This document shows positions 1-13,314 of a stretch of 64,000 nt of DNA, piece after piece. Numbering within the stretch: position 1 is the stretch's first letter; each line of letters starts with the position of its first letter. A model generated the notes under the pieces. The model ran no database searches, was not told where the DNA came from, and was given only the letters and a program-made list of their open reading frames with translations. The stretch is taken from positions 1,302,001 to 1,366,000 of the forward strand of contig OX597831.1 in NCBI GenBank assembly GCA_951406725.2, in the 5' to 3' direction. Source of the stretch: Octopus vulgaris. Taxonomy: Eukaryota. Position numbers and translations under genes: made by a program.

Positions 1-584
1 TCCTTCAGTCATTGTTTCTACATGAAAAACTATCACCAAATACTCAGATACATATATTCCACCCCAGAGCACCATGTGACAGCATCCTAAAAATGCTAAC
101 TCTTCCGAGCAGCCCAGATAAACATATAAAAAAAGCTACATGCAAAGTTGCAATATCAATGGTTTCCATGATTGCAAATACTTTGTTGAGATGCAGCACA
201 GCACCATCAATAAAGTACACCACAGCAGTAACTATCTCACTCTAATTGAGTTCACCTTGCTTGCCTCAGCTTTGACAAACATCAGAATCAACAAGTGTAC
301 AGAAATAGATTGGATCGAGGTGAGAGTGTAAATATGTCCAGATTGTGGTATTGCAACTCTATGATTCATCAATGCAAGTCAGAGTGTGCATTATGGTCCT
401 CAGTTAAATGGGGGTGTGGTATAGCTGGAAATATCAATCTGTGAGTCCTGCCTTGCCATTTGGTTTGCATGCCATAAGGTTGCTCAATCAATTTGACTGG
501 GGTTTCACAACAACCTATCTTCAGAGTCAGCATTCCCTGCCACTTTCTCAATATCACTCTATATACTTCCAACACTCAGATTTT

Positions 585-920
585 CACTCACTCACTCTCT
601 CTCTCTCACTCCTCCTGTCTCTCACTCCCTCTCTCCCTCTCTCTCTCTCACTCCTTCTCTCTCTCAATCCCCGTCTCTCACTCTCTCTCAATCCCCGTCT
701 CTCACTCTCTCTCTCTCTCTCACTCCCCCTGTCACTCACTCCCTCTCTCTCTCAATCCCCGTCTTTCACTCTCTCTCACTCCCCCTGTCTCTCACTCCCT
801 CTCTCTCTCAATCCCCGTCTCTCACTCTCTCTCTCTCTCAATCCCCGTCTCTCACTCTCTCTCTCTCTCAATCCCCGCCTCTCACTCTCTCTCTCTCTCT
901 CTCTCTCACTCTCTCTCTAC
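585..920. repeat. (CT)n-based compound microsatellite with recurring CAATCCCCGTCTCTCACT unit
   Basis: Visible repeat; the unit recurs about 6 times among CT runs. Confidence 0.9.
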
Positions 921-1416
921 CTACTTCCAACACTCACATTATGACTCTCTCTTTCAATACACTATCTATCTACTTAACACACACTCATATTCTCTCTCTC
1001 TCTTTCTCTCTTTCTGTCCTCCTCTCTTTCTCCAGCTACGTCTTACACTCACATTTTTCACTCTTTCAAAATCACTCTCCAACAGCTTCTTACACACATA
1101 CACATTCTCCTGCTCACTCTCTCTCTACTACTTCCATCACTCACATTCTCCTCAACCCATTCCCACCATACACACACACACACACATACACACACATATA
1201 TATATATACACACACACATACATGTGAGTATAGATACATAAACACATGCATGCCCCACACAACAGATCAGATAACTTTTCTTCACCAATGCTCACTCATC
1301 TGCAGGTGGTTAATGTTCTGGTTGAATCACAAGCAACAAATAGAAAGACAGCCAACAAAAAGCCAGTTACAAAGAGTGGAATTTCAATAATGAAGTTGTG
1401 CCATATTGAGAGAGGG

Positions 1417-1460
<44 letters not shown>

Positions 1461-1594
1461 AGAGAGGGAAGCAAAGTGAGTGAGAGAATAAGAGAATAAG
1501 AGAACAATAATGGAAGCTGAAAACAATTGATGACCTAAGGGACATGCATTAGATCTTCTCCACCATAAATATCTCTATTGAAACAACTAATCAG

Positions 1595-1656
1595 TGTATA
1601 TATATATATGCGTTTGTGTGTGTGTGTGTGTGTCTATGTATGTATGTATGTGCATA

Positions 1657-1687
<31 letters not shown>

Positions 1688-1806
1688 ATATCTATCTATA
1701 TATATATATATATATATATATGCATATGTGTGTGTATGTCTATGTATGTATGCATGTGCATATATATATATATATGCGTATGTGTGTGTGTGTCTATGTA
1801 TGTATG

Positions 1807-1851
<45 letters not shown>

Positions 1852-2308
1852 ATGTATGTATGCATATATATATATATATATATATGTATATATGTTGGTA
1901 TATGTGTGAGTGAGCATATGTGTGTGTGTGTGTGTGTGTGTGTCTCTGTGTGAGTCCGTATATTTCAATGTGAGTGTATATCTGTACATATACACACACA
2001 CACACACATGAACATGCACACATGAGTATGTGAATATACACATACACAAAAATATATATGTATGTATGTATGTATATGTCTTTGTGCAACAGAAAATAAG
2101 TATGATGTGTGTGTGTGTGTGTATGGATGTAAATGGTAGAAAAGAAGGAGAAAAGCAAGCAGGACTGACATTTTCACCATCTTCTCCACTAGAAGCAATT
2201 TAAACAGATTTGTCTTTATTATATTTTTATCTCTTAATGTAAAATTGCATGAATATACATACACATGCATAAGAACAAATACACATACATTTACACTCAT
2301 ATATGTGA

Positions 2309-2365
<57 letters not shown>

Positions 2366-2414
2366 GATATGTATATATACATATATGAATATATACACAT
2401 ATATATGTATGTGA

Positions 2415-2461
<47 letters not shown>

Positions 2462-2812
2462 CACATATATGTATGTGTGTGTATATATATATATATACAT
2501 ATACACATATATATGTATGTGTGTATATATATTCATATACACATATATATGTATGTGTGTATATATATTCATATACACATATATATGTGTGTATATATAT
2601 TCATATACACATATATATGTAAGCGTGTATATATATATATATCATATACACATATATGTGTATGTGTATGTATATATATATATATTCATATATACATATA
2701 TATATATGTGTGTGTGAGTATATATATATATATATATATATATTCATATACACATATATGTATGTGTGTAGATATATATATATATATATATATTCATATA
2801 CACATATATGTA

Positions 2813-2849
<37 letters not shown>

Positions 2850-2868
2850 TCATATACACATATATGTA

Positions 2869-2905
<37 letters not shown>

Positions 2906-3090
2906 TCATATACTCATATATGTATGTGTGTGCGTGTATATATATATATATATTCATATACACAATATGTATGTATATATATATATTCATATATTATATA
3001 TATGCATACATATATTCGTATATTATATATATGCATACATATATTCATATATATATATGATGCTATATATATATATATACACACACACAT
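1595..3090. repeat. (TA)n/(TG)n/(TATG)n compound microsatellite field
   Basis: Visible; explains the YI/CV-rich ORFs. Confidence 0.9.
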
Positions 3091-4689
3091 GTGCATTGCT
3101 ACTTACAGAAACTCATGTCATCATAAGAAAACAGACAGATGAATGCTAATATGGTTAACAGTAATTATGTGTATATACATATAAACACACACACACACTT
3201 GCATGCAGACACACATGCAAGCATACTTATACTTTTTATAGATTGATATTCATATTTTTGTGCATTTTCATGTTTGCACATGTAAGTACATACAAGAGCC
3301 TCTGCGTACATATGTGCACACAAGTAAATGTGGAATTGCAACAACCAGCTTCCATAACTCTCCGACAGCCTTCAGGGATTGACCATTGTCTGAGAGTACG
3401 ATTGTGTTGCATAAAAACAGAACTGCAACACTAATTACCAGAGCCATGACCCACTGTTGCATCAATTCACTATGCTTCACAACAAGAGCTGAAAGTGGAC
3501 TTTCCGTAAAGGCAAATTACTTACTGTACCACACTTCACCCTCACTATGAATATGAACAACACCACTACTACCACCACTGACAACAGTTCAGTAATGTTC
3601 CTACTTCCAAGAGGTGCCAGATGGAATGACTAAACTCCTATATGAATGGTACCTGTAGCTGATGAGGAAATATTTGAGCATTGGTATATTTTCATTTCTG
3701 TGATGTCGCAAAGAGGAAAATGTCTCAAATTGAGTCATTCACAGCCCTTCGAGATTGGTGAGATCCATCTGGTTTATATTCAACTTGAAAATCTGTAAGT
3801 TAACACATGCAAAGAAAATGTGAGCAGGAAAATGAATTCAAAAGGTTGGCATTGTGGAGACAAAGGGGTAGGTGAAGTGGTTAGTGGGGAGGGTGACGTT
3901 GAGCAATGAGACACCATAGAAGTGATAAGAGATAGAAGAGGAAAAGAAAATCTGGAGTAGGCTTAGGTGGAGGTCATATAAACTGAAGGTGCAAACTAAT
4001 ATTAAACCAAACCTTAAAACAGAACATCCATATACAAAAAGAACTTTGATTAGTCACAAAATAACTTCAACTATCACAGTTGTGATCTGAAGATGACATG
4101 TCTGTTTACTAGTTTCCTTACACACCCGATTGAATCCTAAAGACCATAATTCCACTATCAAACCAGAATAACCATCTCCATCATCATTTTCTTTTAACCT
4201 TATAAACATATACTTTCTTCCTAACTTTCCTCATTTCTCTCTTTTCTATACAACCACTTTTCCTGTCTACCTATACCACACCTAATTCTCTTTCACAGTA
4301 CTACCAAAAAGTATATAAACCAAATTGATTGAAGTAAACCACAGTCTGATGATGGATGGTAAGCCAAAATTTCAAAATCACTGTCAACATCTGCCTTGTA
4401 AATATCAATAGATATGAACTAATATCTACTTGCTATATAAAAATAATGGAACAGATCTAAGCACTTTCCCACACTATAGTACATTAAACAACACTACACA
4501 ATGTAACACAACACTATACTACACAAAGCCAAACTACACTAATATATATAAAAAAAATACTGATTTCAATCACTGGCATAAAACCACCAATAACAACCAC
4601 CACTACTATGACAATACTCTAAAGTGCATTGTATTAAGTGTAATAACTTATTTTGCCCTGAGGAGGTGTATATATGTCAGTGATATACA

Positions 4690-5075
4690 AATGGTAGATT
4701 CTAGAGGGGCTGGCTCCAAACTTTAGCATCAAACAGGATGCCACTGCATTGACCAAAGATCCCACCAATCCCATTTTGAGTACGGTGCAGGTACTGCAAT
4801 AACTTGGTAGTCAAAGGCCCACAGCTATTCAATATCTCACCAAAAAAAACCTGTGAAATCTACATGGAGTGGATTTAGATGTTTTCAAGAAGTATCTGGA
4901 CTATCTGCTGTTCAAGATCTCTGATGAACCTACAACACAACAGAGAGCAGCAATGTTAAGCTCCCCCCTTTACCAAAGGCCAAACCACATGAGAATGGTC
5001 ATTGAAAAGGTGACGATACTAGTGGTGCCCCAGCATGCAAAAAGCATTTGGACTGAAACACATAAAATAATAAAT
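4690..5075 (+). mobile_element. CR1/L2-like LINE 3' fragment, decayed
   Basis: Translates in pieces as ILEGLAPNF..RYCNNLVVKGPQLFNI..LHGVDLDVFKKYLDYLLFKISDEPT. Clearly homologous to 30725-31082. 3' end reads GTGGTGCCCCAGCAT..GACTGAAAC..AATAAA. Confidence 0.75.
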
Positions 5076-5087
5076 TAATTTATACAT

Positions 5088-5190
5088 ATATGAGGTGTGT
5101 TAAAAAATTATCCAACTTTATTTTTTCCTGCCAAATTATAGGTCAGCTTAATCAAGGCAACTGATATGGAGCTCAACAGCACCATACTAT
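5088..5190 (+). mobile_element. probable mariner-type terminal fragment
   Basis: TA-TGAGGTGTGTTAAAAAATTATCCAACTTT resembles mariner TIRs and the TIR at 13025-13055. Confidence 0.4.
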
Positions 5191-5445
5191 AATATCAAAA
5201 TACAGGATACTACATTTTCGCATTACAATGTACTATGTGTATCGTATGGGCAGCAGTGACTGTGTGGTTAAGAAGTTTGCTGGCAAATCAGGTGGTATTA
5301 AATTCCATCCAACTGCACAGCACTTTTGACAACTGTTTGGGACAAGTATAGAATGTTATTACTAAAATAACCCCCAGCCAATCAAACCCTTGTGAGTGGA
5401 TTTGATAGATGGAAATTCAAAGAATCCTGTCATATATATCTCTCT

Positions 5446-5853
5446 CTTTCTCTTTTCTCTTTTACTTGTTTCAGTCATATGACTGCAGCCATGCTGGAGC
5501 ACCGCCTTTAGTCGAGCAAATCGACCCCGGGACTTATTCTTTGTAAGCCCAGTACTTATTCTATCGGTCTCTTTTGCTGAATCGCTAAGTGACGGGGACG
5601 TAAACACACCAGCATCGGTTGTCAAGCAATGCTAGGGGGACAAACACAGACACACACACATACATATATATATATACATATATATACATATATACAACGG
5701 GCTTCTTTCAGTTTCTGTCTACCAAATCCACTCACAAGGCATTGGTCGGCCCGGGGCTATAGCAGAAGACACTTGCCCAAGATGCCAAGCAGTGGGACTG
5801 AACCCGGAACCATGTGGTTGGTTAGCAAGCTACTTACCACACAGCCACTCCTG
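5446..5853 (-). mobile_element. SINE family A, full length
   Basis: tRNA-like head (GGAGTGGCTGTGTGGTAAG..GGTTCAGTCCC), CORE-like TTGGGCAAGT, internal (TA)n, tail GGCGGTGCTCCAGCATGGC..TGACTGAAACAAGTAAA. Many near-identical copies in the window. Confidence 0.9.
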
Positions 5854-6655
5854 TGTGGTAAGTATATATATATATATATAAATTTGTGCATGTCTATATG
5901 TATATACCCTTGTCTAGACATCATATGATGGCTGTGAATAAGCATCATCATCATACAAGCAGGATGGTTCATTTCCAATCTTGTGAGCAAAAAGATATGT
6001 TTGGTCATGGGAAAATATTACCCTGCTAGGCAGCAGTTGAAGATTGGTGACAGGAAGCACATCCAGCTGTATAAAATCTTCCACAATAAATTCCATCTGA
6101 CTCATGCCAGTATGGAAAAGAGAACAATGTTAAATGATAATGATGAGGATGATATATATATATATATATAAATATATATACATACTTCTTTCTACACCAC
6201 AATATACTATATAACACAGTGTGAAACTAAAACTGTTACACTAACAACAACACCGACTCAATAAAAACTATAATATCTCAAGGCTGCCATACCTCAATAT
6301 TTCATCTATTGCTGTTTTCCAAAAAAAGAAAATAAATAAATAAATGAAAAAAAAAAAGAAGCTATTTATGAGAACAGCATCGACAAGAACAACAACAATA
6401 GTAATACTTTGGCTATGAACACAACCAAGATTTGTTCACTGTTGTACATCTTCACCACACAAATTAAATTAGCAAGATATATTGCATGGATTATTAATAA
6501 TCTATAACCTTTGGTATTCTCGAGGAACCTATTTTAGTAATAACATTCTATACTTGTATTTCTGGAACATCTCTTTGTGTTTGGAATTGGTCACAGTTTT
6601 AAAGAGACGGGGCATGATTTCATACATCACCTCTCCATATATATATATGTGTATG

Positions 6656-6704
<49 letters not shown>

Positions 6705-7263
6705 ATATATATATGTATGTATGTAGGTATGCGTACATACACGTAATTACAAGTAAACATTCATAAACACTAATATGTATACACACATAAATAGATACCT
6801 ATTCCACAATGTATAGATTATGTGTGTGTGTATATGTGTGTGCGTACGCATGCATGTGAACATGTATATGATTCATCTGTCTCTGTCGAGTATATATATA
6901 TATATGCACACTCATGTAAACAGGTATATACATACATGTATATAGATACACATATGTATATAATAAATAGATACATATACATATATACATATAAAGATGA
7001 GTGTGTGTGTGTGTGTGTTATACATACGTATACACAGAAATCTCAAAAGTAAAACTTATCATTTTTGCAAGATTTATTTTTAGAAAGAAAATAAAGTCAC
7101 TTGATGCATTTAAATACTTAATCTAGTACTTAGTAGACATGCTTTATACATAATACATTAACAAACCTGAAGCACTAGCTAGTGTCCACACAGGTAAAAC
7201 AGTATAATGAGGAGTGTCTATTTACTTTTAAGATGTCTGTGTGTATATATATTTATATATCTA

Positions 7264-7303
<40 letters not shown>

Positions 7304-7495
7304 CTCCTATATTCAGCTATGTAACCACATGCATGTTTTTCTTGGACATTATTTTCTTTCTGACAGAGACATGCTCAAGATGTTATACGCCCACTCCTCT
7401 GCCAGCTAATACTGAGCATCAAGCTAATATATTTTATGTGTACGTTCTTCCGACTTTTGTCGTTTTGTTATTTTTTTAATTTTCGATTTGCCTAC

Positions 7496-7528
<33 letters not shown>

Positions 7529-7530
7529 AA

Positions 7531-7775
7531 GGCGCAATGGCCCAGTGGTTAGGGCAGTGGACTCGCGGTCGTAGGATCGCGGTTTCAATTCCCAGACTGA
7601 GGCTCCGGCAGGGGGTGGCGATCCCTGCTGTACTCTTTCACCACTCTTTCTTCTGTTGGCCTGCTCGCTTAGACAGCGGGGTGGCATCATTTGAAGGCTA
7701 AAACAATGCGAACACATTGTGGCCAGCGATGTGTAACAACATCTGATAGCCTGGTCGGTCACGTGATCATGTAAT
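7531..7775 (+). mobile_element. SINE family E, tRNA-derived, with RTE-type tail
   Basis: A box TGGCCCAGTGG, B box GGTTTCAATTCCC, CpG-rich. Tail CTGGTCGGTCACGTGATCATGTAAT. Sits in a (TA)n tract. Confidence 0.85.
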
Positions 7776-7799
7776 ATATATATATATATTAAATAGTAA

Positions 7800-8250
7800 T
7801 AACCTTTCGAGTGTTGGGTCTCACAAAGACAATGACAAATGACTGAGACCTTCAGCAATATGCTGTATTTGAGCAGACTCATCAAGCCAAGTGAAAATGC
7901 AGTCATCGCAGATACTAAGGCCATGCAACTGGCACCTGTGCCAGTGGCATGAAAAAGCACCCATTACACTCTCAGAGTGGTTGACGCTAGGAAGGGCATC
8001 CAGCTGTAGAAACCATGCCAAATCAGAATGGAGTCTGGTGCAGCCCCTCAGTTTACCAGCCCAGGTCAACCCATCCAACCTAGGCCAGCATGGACAACAG
8101 ATGTTAAATGATGATGATGAAAGGGCATCCAACCATAGAAGCCATGCTAAAACAGACACTGGAGCTTGGTGCAGCCCCCTGGCTTGTCAGTTCCTGTCAA
8201 ATCATCCAACTCATGTGAGAATGGAAAACAGACGTTAAATGATGATGATG
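7800..8250 (+). mobile_element. SINE family C with duplicated 3' module
   Basis: AAGGGCATCCA..TAGAA module and ..CCAAC....CATGGA..GTTAAATGATGATG-type tail each occur twice (about 7990-8120 and 8121-8250). Confidence 0.8.
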
Positions 8251-8753
8251 ATATACATACATTCATATATACATACATTTCTCTCTCTATATATATATGC
8301 ACATATATAGAAACATACCTACACATATATGTCATCATCATCATCATCATCTCCATAATCATTTTAATGTCTACTTTTCTATGCTAGCATGAGTTGGATG
8401 TAATTTGATGAGGCAGATTTTCCGCAGCAGGACAGCCTTTCTCCCAACAACCCTTCTCTGTTTCCAAGTGAACTAATATTTGCCCCAAAGTTATCAATAA
8501 AAGTGTGTAAACAATGGGTTAAAAAAACACATGCACACATTTGTGGCAGGCTTCTTCCAGTTTCTGTTGACCAAATATAGTCACAAGGCTTTGATTGGCT
8601 CTGAGCTATAGTAGAAGACACTTGCCCAACATATCATGCAGTGAAACTGAACCTGAAACTATAGGATTGCGAAGCAAACTTCTTAACCACGCAGCCACAC
8701 CTGCTCACACACACACACACACAGAAGAGAGTGAGAAAGAGAGATAGATATAT

Positions 8754-8799
<46 letters not shown>

Positions 8800-9421
8800 C
8801 ACGCAAAAAGCACCATCCAACTATGGCCGTTTGCCAGCCTCGTCTGGCACCGGTGCCGGTGGCACGTAAAAACCATCCACTTCCCAGACCCCAGTTGACC
8901 CGTCCAACCCATGCTAGCATGGAAAGCGGACGCTAAATGATGATGATGATGATGATGATATAAACACACATACACATCTATATGCAAACATGCATTTACA
9001 TATGTACAAATATGCATAATTCGATATATGCTAAGTATACTTGTGCCATAAAAAATGACAACATTCTGAGAAGAAAACTAGTATTAAAAAATGCATTGAC
9101 AGAATATGCATTGCATATATTTGATACAGACTTGTTACAACATCACATATGACCAGGCTAGGTTCTAATCAAAGTTCATGTTCCAAAAGTAGTATATTTT
9201 GTCAATAATCAATGGAGCATGCATTCTATACACATATAAATATCATTATGACCATAAAGCTGTGTCAGCGGAACATATACATCACAATATAGAAATTTTA
9301 TTCAATATATGGTCACTGCATATATTACATGTAATACATATGATTAATATAAATGGCTGTGTAGAATATGTTACAATTTTCATGAACTAAAATATATATA
9401 TTTGCAATACACACATGCATG

Positions 9422-9455
<34 letters not shown>

Positions 9456-9611
9456 TCCATATGTTTATTTTGTGTGGGTACAGGCATGACTGTGTGGTTA
9501 AGAAACACACTTCCCAATCTGTGGTTTTGGGTTCAATCCCACTGTATGACTCTTTAGGCAAGTGTCTTCTACTATAGCTCTGGATTGACAAAAGTGTTTT
9601 GGGTAAATTTC

Positions 9612-9990
9612 CTGAGCAGAAACCATGTTGGGTGTCAGGGAGTAAGTAATTATCTTCTAGGAATATGATCAGCTTCTTCCGGACAATTCATTCCATGACT
9701 TTGCTGACATGTGAGATTACAGAGGCAGGCCTATAAATTTTTGCATTTGCTCTACTTCCTCCTTTATGAAGAGGACATATTTGGCCCTTCTTTAACTTTC
9801 TGGCAAGTCTAAAACTTGCAAGGAAGCACTGGAGGATCTGCAGTGGTCTTGCTAGAGCTCTAATGCAGTTTTTTTAGGGGGATTACAGGGAATCTATCAG
9901 GACCAATGGCTGAGTTTAAGTTCACCTCATCAAAGTTTCCTCTATTACAATGTAATTGATAATTACAATCCTTTTGCATAGAGCTGTAGT
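9612..9990 (-). mobile_element. LINE reverse transcriptase fragment (CR1/L2/Jockey-like), decayed
   Basis: Minus strand reads in pieces SAIGPDRFP..LARPLQIL..ICPLHKGGSRANAKIYRPASVISHVSKVME..LEDNYLLPDTQHGF, i.e. non-LTR RT subdomains 0-2. Confidence 0.85.
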
Positions 9991-10514
9991 GGTGCTGAAG
10001 AGGTCATCAAGCAAATTTATTTGCAAACGTCCCAATGGAGATGAGAAAACACTTTGTATTGTGCACTTAGTATTTCACTTATCCTTTGGGATATGTGTGT
10101 ATGTGTGTGCGTGCACATGTGTGTGTATGAGTGTTCATATGTGTGTGTGTTTATGTATGTATGTATAACTATATATGTGTGTATGCATTAGTTTCTTTAC
10201 CATTGTACTATGAGTCTTATCATGCCTCTTGTTAATAAATCATCTGCTCATTTTGTGCTTTCACACATGTGAAATAAGTGATCCATTCAAAAAACAGACA
10301 AATGTTATTGACAGTAAATGGCACCCGGCCACAAAACAATGCCCCAAGGACAATAGTTTGAAATAAGAACTGTGTCAATAGCACAATAAAATGCACTTAA
10401 AGAGCACACAGTATCAAAAGCCAACTGGTTCTCTTTGGTGCTGTAGTGCAAGATGGCACGAACTGTGATGACCCACCTGACTCAAACCAATGTGGACAAA
10501 CAAAATTATTATTA

Positions 10515-10712
10515 TTGAACTGGCAAAATTGTTAACATGCTGGACAAAATGCTTGGTGGTATTTTATCCAGCTCTTTACGTTCTGAGTTCAACCTTGCCT
10601 TTCATCCTTTCAGCATCGATAAAATAAGTACCAGTTGCATACTGGGTTGATGTCATTGACTAATCCCCTTCCCCAAAACTTCAGGCTTTGTGTCTACAGT
10701 AGAAAGGATTAT
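10515..10712 (+). mobile_element. SINE family B (Deu/Nin-like domain), GAAAGGATT(ATT)n tail variant
   Basis: GCCTTTCATCCTTTC..TCGATAAAATAAGTACCAG matches the Deu/Nin central domain. Related copies at 11343-11515, 11540-11750, 23150-23790, 23825-24025, 45546-45730. Confidence 0.8.
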
Positions 10713-10752
10713 TATCATTATTATTATCATTATTATTATTATTATTATTATT

Positions 10753-11306
10753 GAGTGAGAGAGCAGTGCATGCCATCAAAATGACACGGGGGGGATAAAG
10801 TATACAAAGCTCAGTATACCTATCATGACTATCTGTCTGATAAGTGTAAACAAGGCACATGCATCACAACCACATGTGCACGACATGGTGATCTCATATC
10901 AAGACAAACAGCGCATGACCTTGCAGGTGGGATCCAGTTAGAACTTCCCCCATTCTGTTCAAAAGGTCCCTAAATAAGGGTTGTTTAAGGATGTTGATCA
11001 AAACTACCATGTTTCCAAAGCTGAATTATTCAAACCTCAAAGAATTCCTCTCAATGCATGGCTATGATGCTCCCTCACGACCTCTGCTTGAGATCAGAAG
11101 TGCACATATCATCAGCCACTATGGGACAACTGATTACAGTTGTTCATCTGATTACAGTCAAGCAACTGACAAGCAAATCTGTGGTACTGAGTAGAATATT
11201 CGCTGTAGCCCATCTTTTATACCAAGACAATACAATGTACATGATAACACTTCCAATCAGTTAAGATCAGAAGCCAGAAAAGCCAGTTCCTGGTACTTCA
11301 TCAGGG

Positions 11307-11312
<6 letters not shown>
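10753..11312. mobile_element. unclassified ~560-bp insertion embedded in (TTA)n
   Basis: Complex sequence bounded by (TTA)n on both sides; no recognisable ORF. Confidence 0.45.
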
Positions 11313-11343
<31 letters not shown>

Positions 11344-12308
11344 GGTGATGAACTGGCAAAAGCATTAGCATATCAGGTGAAATGCTTAGCAGTATTTCGT
11401 CTGTCATCATGTTCTGAGTTCAAATTCCACCAAGGTCGACTTTACTTTTCATCCCTTCAGGGCCAATAAAATAAGTACCAAATTTCAAGCCTTGTGCCTA
11501 TAGTAGAAAGGATTATTATTATTGTTGTTGTTATTATTAAGGTGACAGGCTGTCAGAAGTTTCTGGGCAAAATGCTTAGTGGCATTTCATCCATATTCAC
11601 ATTCTGAGTTCAAATCCTGCTGAGATCAACTTTGCCTTTCATCCTGCCAGGGTTGATAAAATAGGTACTAGTTGAGCACTTAGGTTGATATAATCGACTT
11701 AGCTCCCTCCCCTGAAATTGCTGGCTTTGTGCCAAAATTTGAAACCGTTATTATTGCTATTAATACTAGTATTACTACTATTAACAATGATATTATTTAG
11801 ATGGAGGGTAGCAGAATTGATAGAATATTGAATAAACTGCCTCGTAGCATAGTATTTAGTTATGTTTCTTTATATTTTAAATTCAAATACTGCTGAAGTT
11901 GACACAAAACAAAACAAATATCTTAGATCAATATAATTCACTGTTCTCTCCGCCAAGAAATTGTAACAATGTGCCAATATTTGTAGACGCAGCCACAGGT
12001 GCCACTATCACCATTAGATAAATTCAATCAATCAAGAATGTATATTGTATGGTATTTAATAAACCTTTATTCATTTTTATTGTTTAAATACATGCCACAG
12101 GCAACTGAGTTAATTCTGTAAGCTCATTTTAACTTATTTGTATGTGTGTATGTGTGTAGTATATGGCTTTGATTTGAGTAATGGACAAGCAGCCTAGGTT
12201 GGTTATTATTTGCCCACACACATAGAAAAGACACATTGGATCAGATTGTATTTGTTCTGTCTAAGAAAACCAGTCGCTCTCCTTCTGAGTAGGCAACTGA
12301 GTAATTAA

Positions 12309-13052
12309 GCAGTGATTGGAAGGGAGGTGTGTAGTGTGTGATCATCAAGTTGACAATGACAGATAAAGTTGAGCAGAGAATTTGCATCAAATTTTGCCAA
12401 AAGCTTGGCAATACCTGCTCAGAGGCCTATGGAAAGTTTTCAAAAAGTTTTCATCATTCTCAACACAATCAAGATCTTGTGCAACTGAAACCTGAGTGTC
12501 TTTTTGGTCAGCTGAAGGCAGTTTAGGTACAAACTTGGCGGATACGTGTCTCATACCCAAATCTTCAGTGATAAAAGAACTGAACTGAACCGTAACTAAT
12601 CTGCACATCCTCTGATAACTCACAGATGGTAATTCAACAACTTCCCCTCACAGCTGCATGCACATCTGTGATATTTTTCTTAGTTCTGCTGGTTGCGGGG
12701 GTCTCCCAGAACGTTTGTCAATATTGACACTTTTTCAGCCATCTTGGAAACATCTGAATCACTTGCATACTTGTGTGCAGCTCATACAATCTTCTCCATA
12801 TACTTTCTGCAACTTTGCATGGGCCTCTGAGCTGGTATCACCATGACTTTCTCTGGTATGGTCAATGTGATGATCACACGCTACACGCCTTCCTTCCAAG
12901 CACTGCTGTAAACAGTGGAAGTGAGATAGACTGTTAAAGCTTAGTGCACATGCACAACGAAGTTCAAGGTCAATCTGTGCCAAGCGGCTTCACTCTGCAT
13001 GCTTTAGCTTCGTTACTATGGTAACAGTCCAGATATTTATTGATCAGACCTC

Positions 13053-13055
<3 letters not shown>
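12309..13055 (-). mobile_element. mariner-family transposon remnant with inverted duplication of its 5' region
   Basis: TIR TACGAGGTCTGATCAATAAATATC at the right end. Minus-strand peptides LQKVYGEDCMS..KRSGRP..DLGMRHVSAKFVPKL. Plus-strand MTDKVEQRICIKFCQKLG is a mariner N-terminal HTH. Confidence 0.85.
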
Positions 13056-13101
<46 letters not shown>

Positions 13102-13314
13102 AATATATTGAAAGATAGTGGGGTCAGGGCAAATCAACTGTGAAGCACACAAGTTTTGGCTAGATAGAATGACTCAAAAAACACTCAAGTAAATAGACAT
13201 TTAGATTAATGGGTAAATTAATAGAAAAATATATTTCATTTGTATCCAGGTGTTCAGCAAATCTAAAAGTATCTGAGGTTTATTGGTATATTTAATATGG
13301 CATAATTATTGTAA

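Noticed and set aside
1-560. Complex sequence at the window start as a possible exon or LINE endonuclease relic
   Set aside because: No convincing motif or splice pair; only a faint trace resembling TWQHP.
408-1227. 178-aa and 244-aa Ser/Leu-rich ORFs
   Set aside because: Translations of the (CT)n repeat.
1578-3149. Long ORFs up to 277 aa (YI/CV-rich), and similar ones at 22.3, 53.6 and 58.4 kb
   Set aside because: Translations of (TA)n/(TG)n microsatellites, open in several frames at once.
7531-7600. tRNA gene
   Set aside because: It has A and B boxes but no proper acceptor stem, and continues into a SINE body and tail.
11290-11312. CTGATGA on the minus strand as a hammerhead core
   Set aside because: No stem II with GAAA and no stem III follows.
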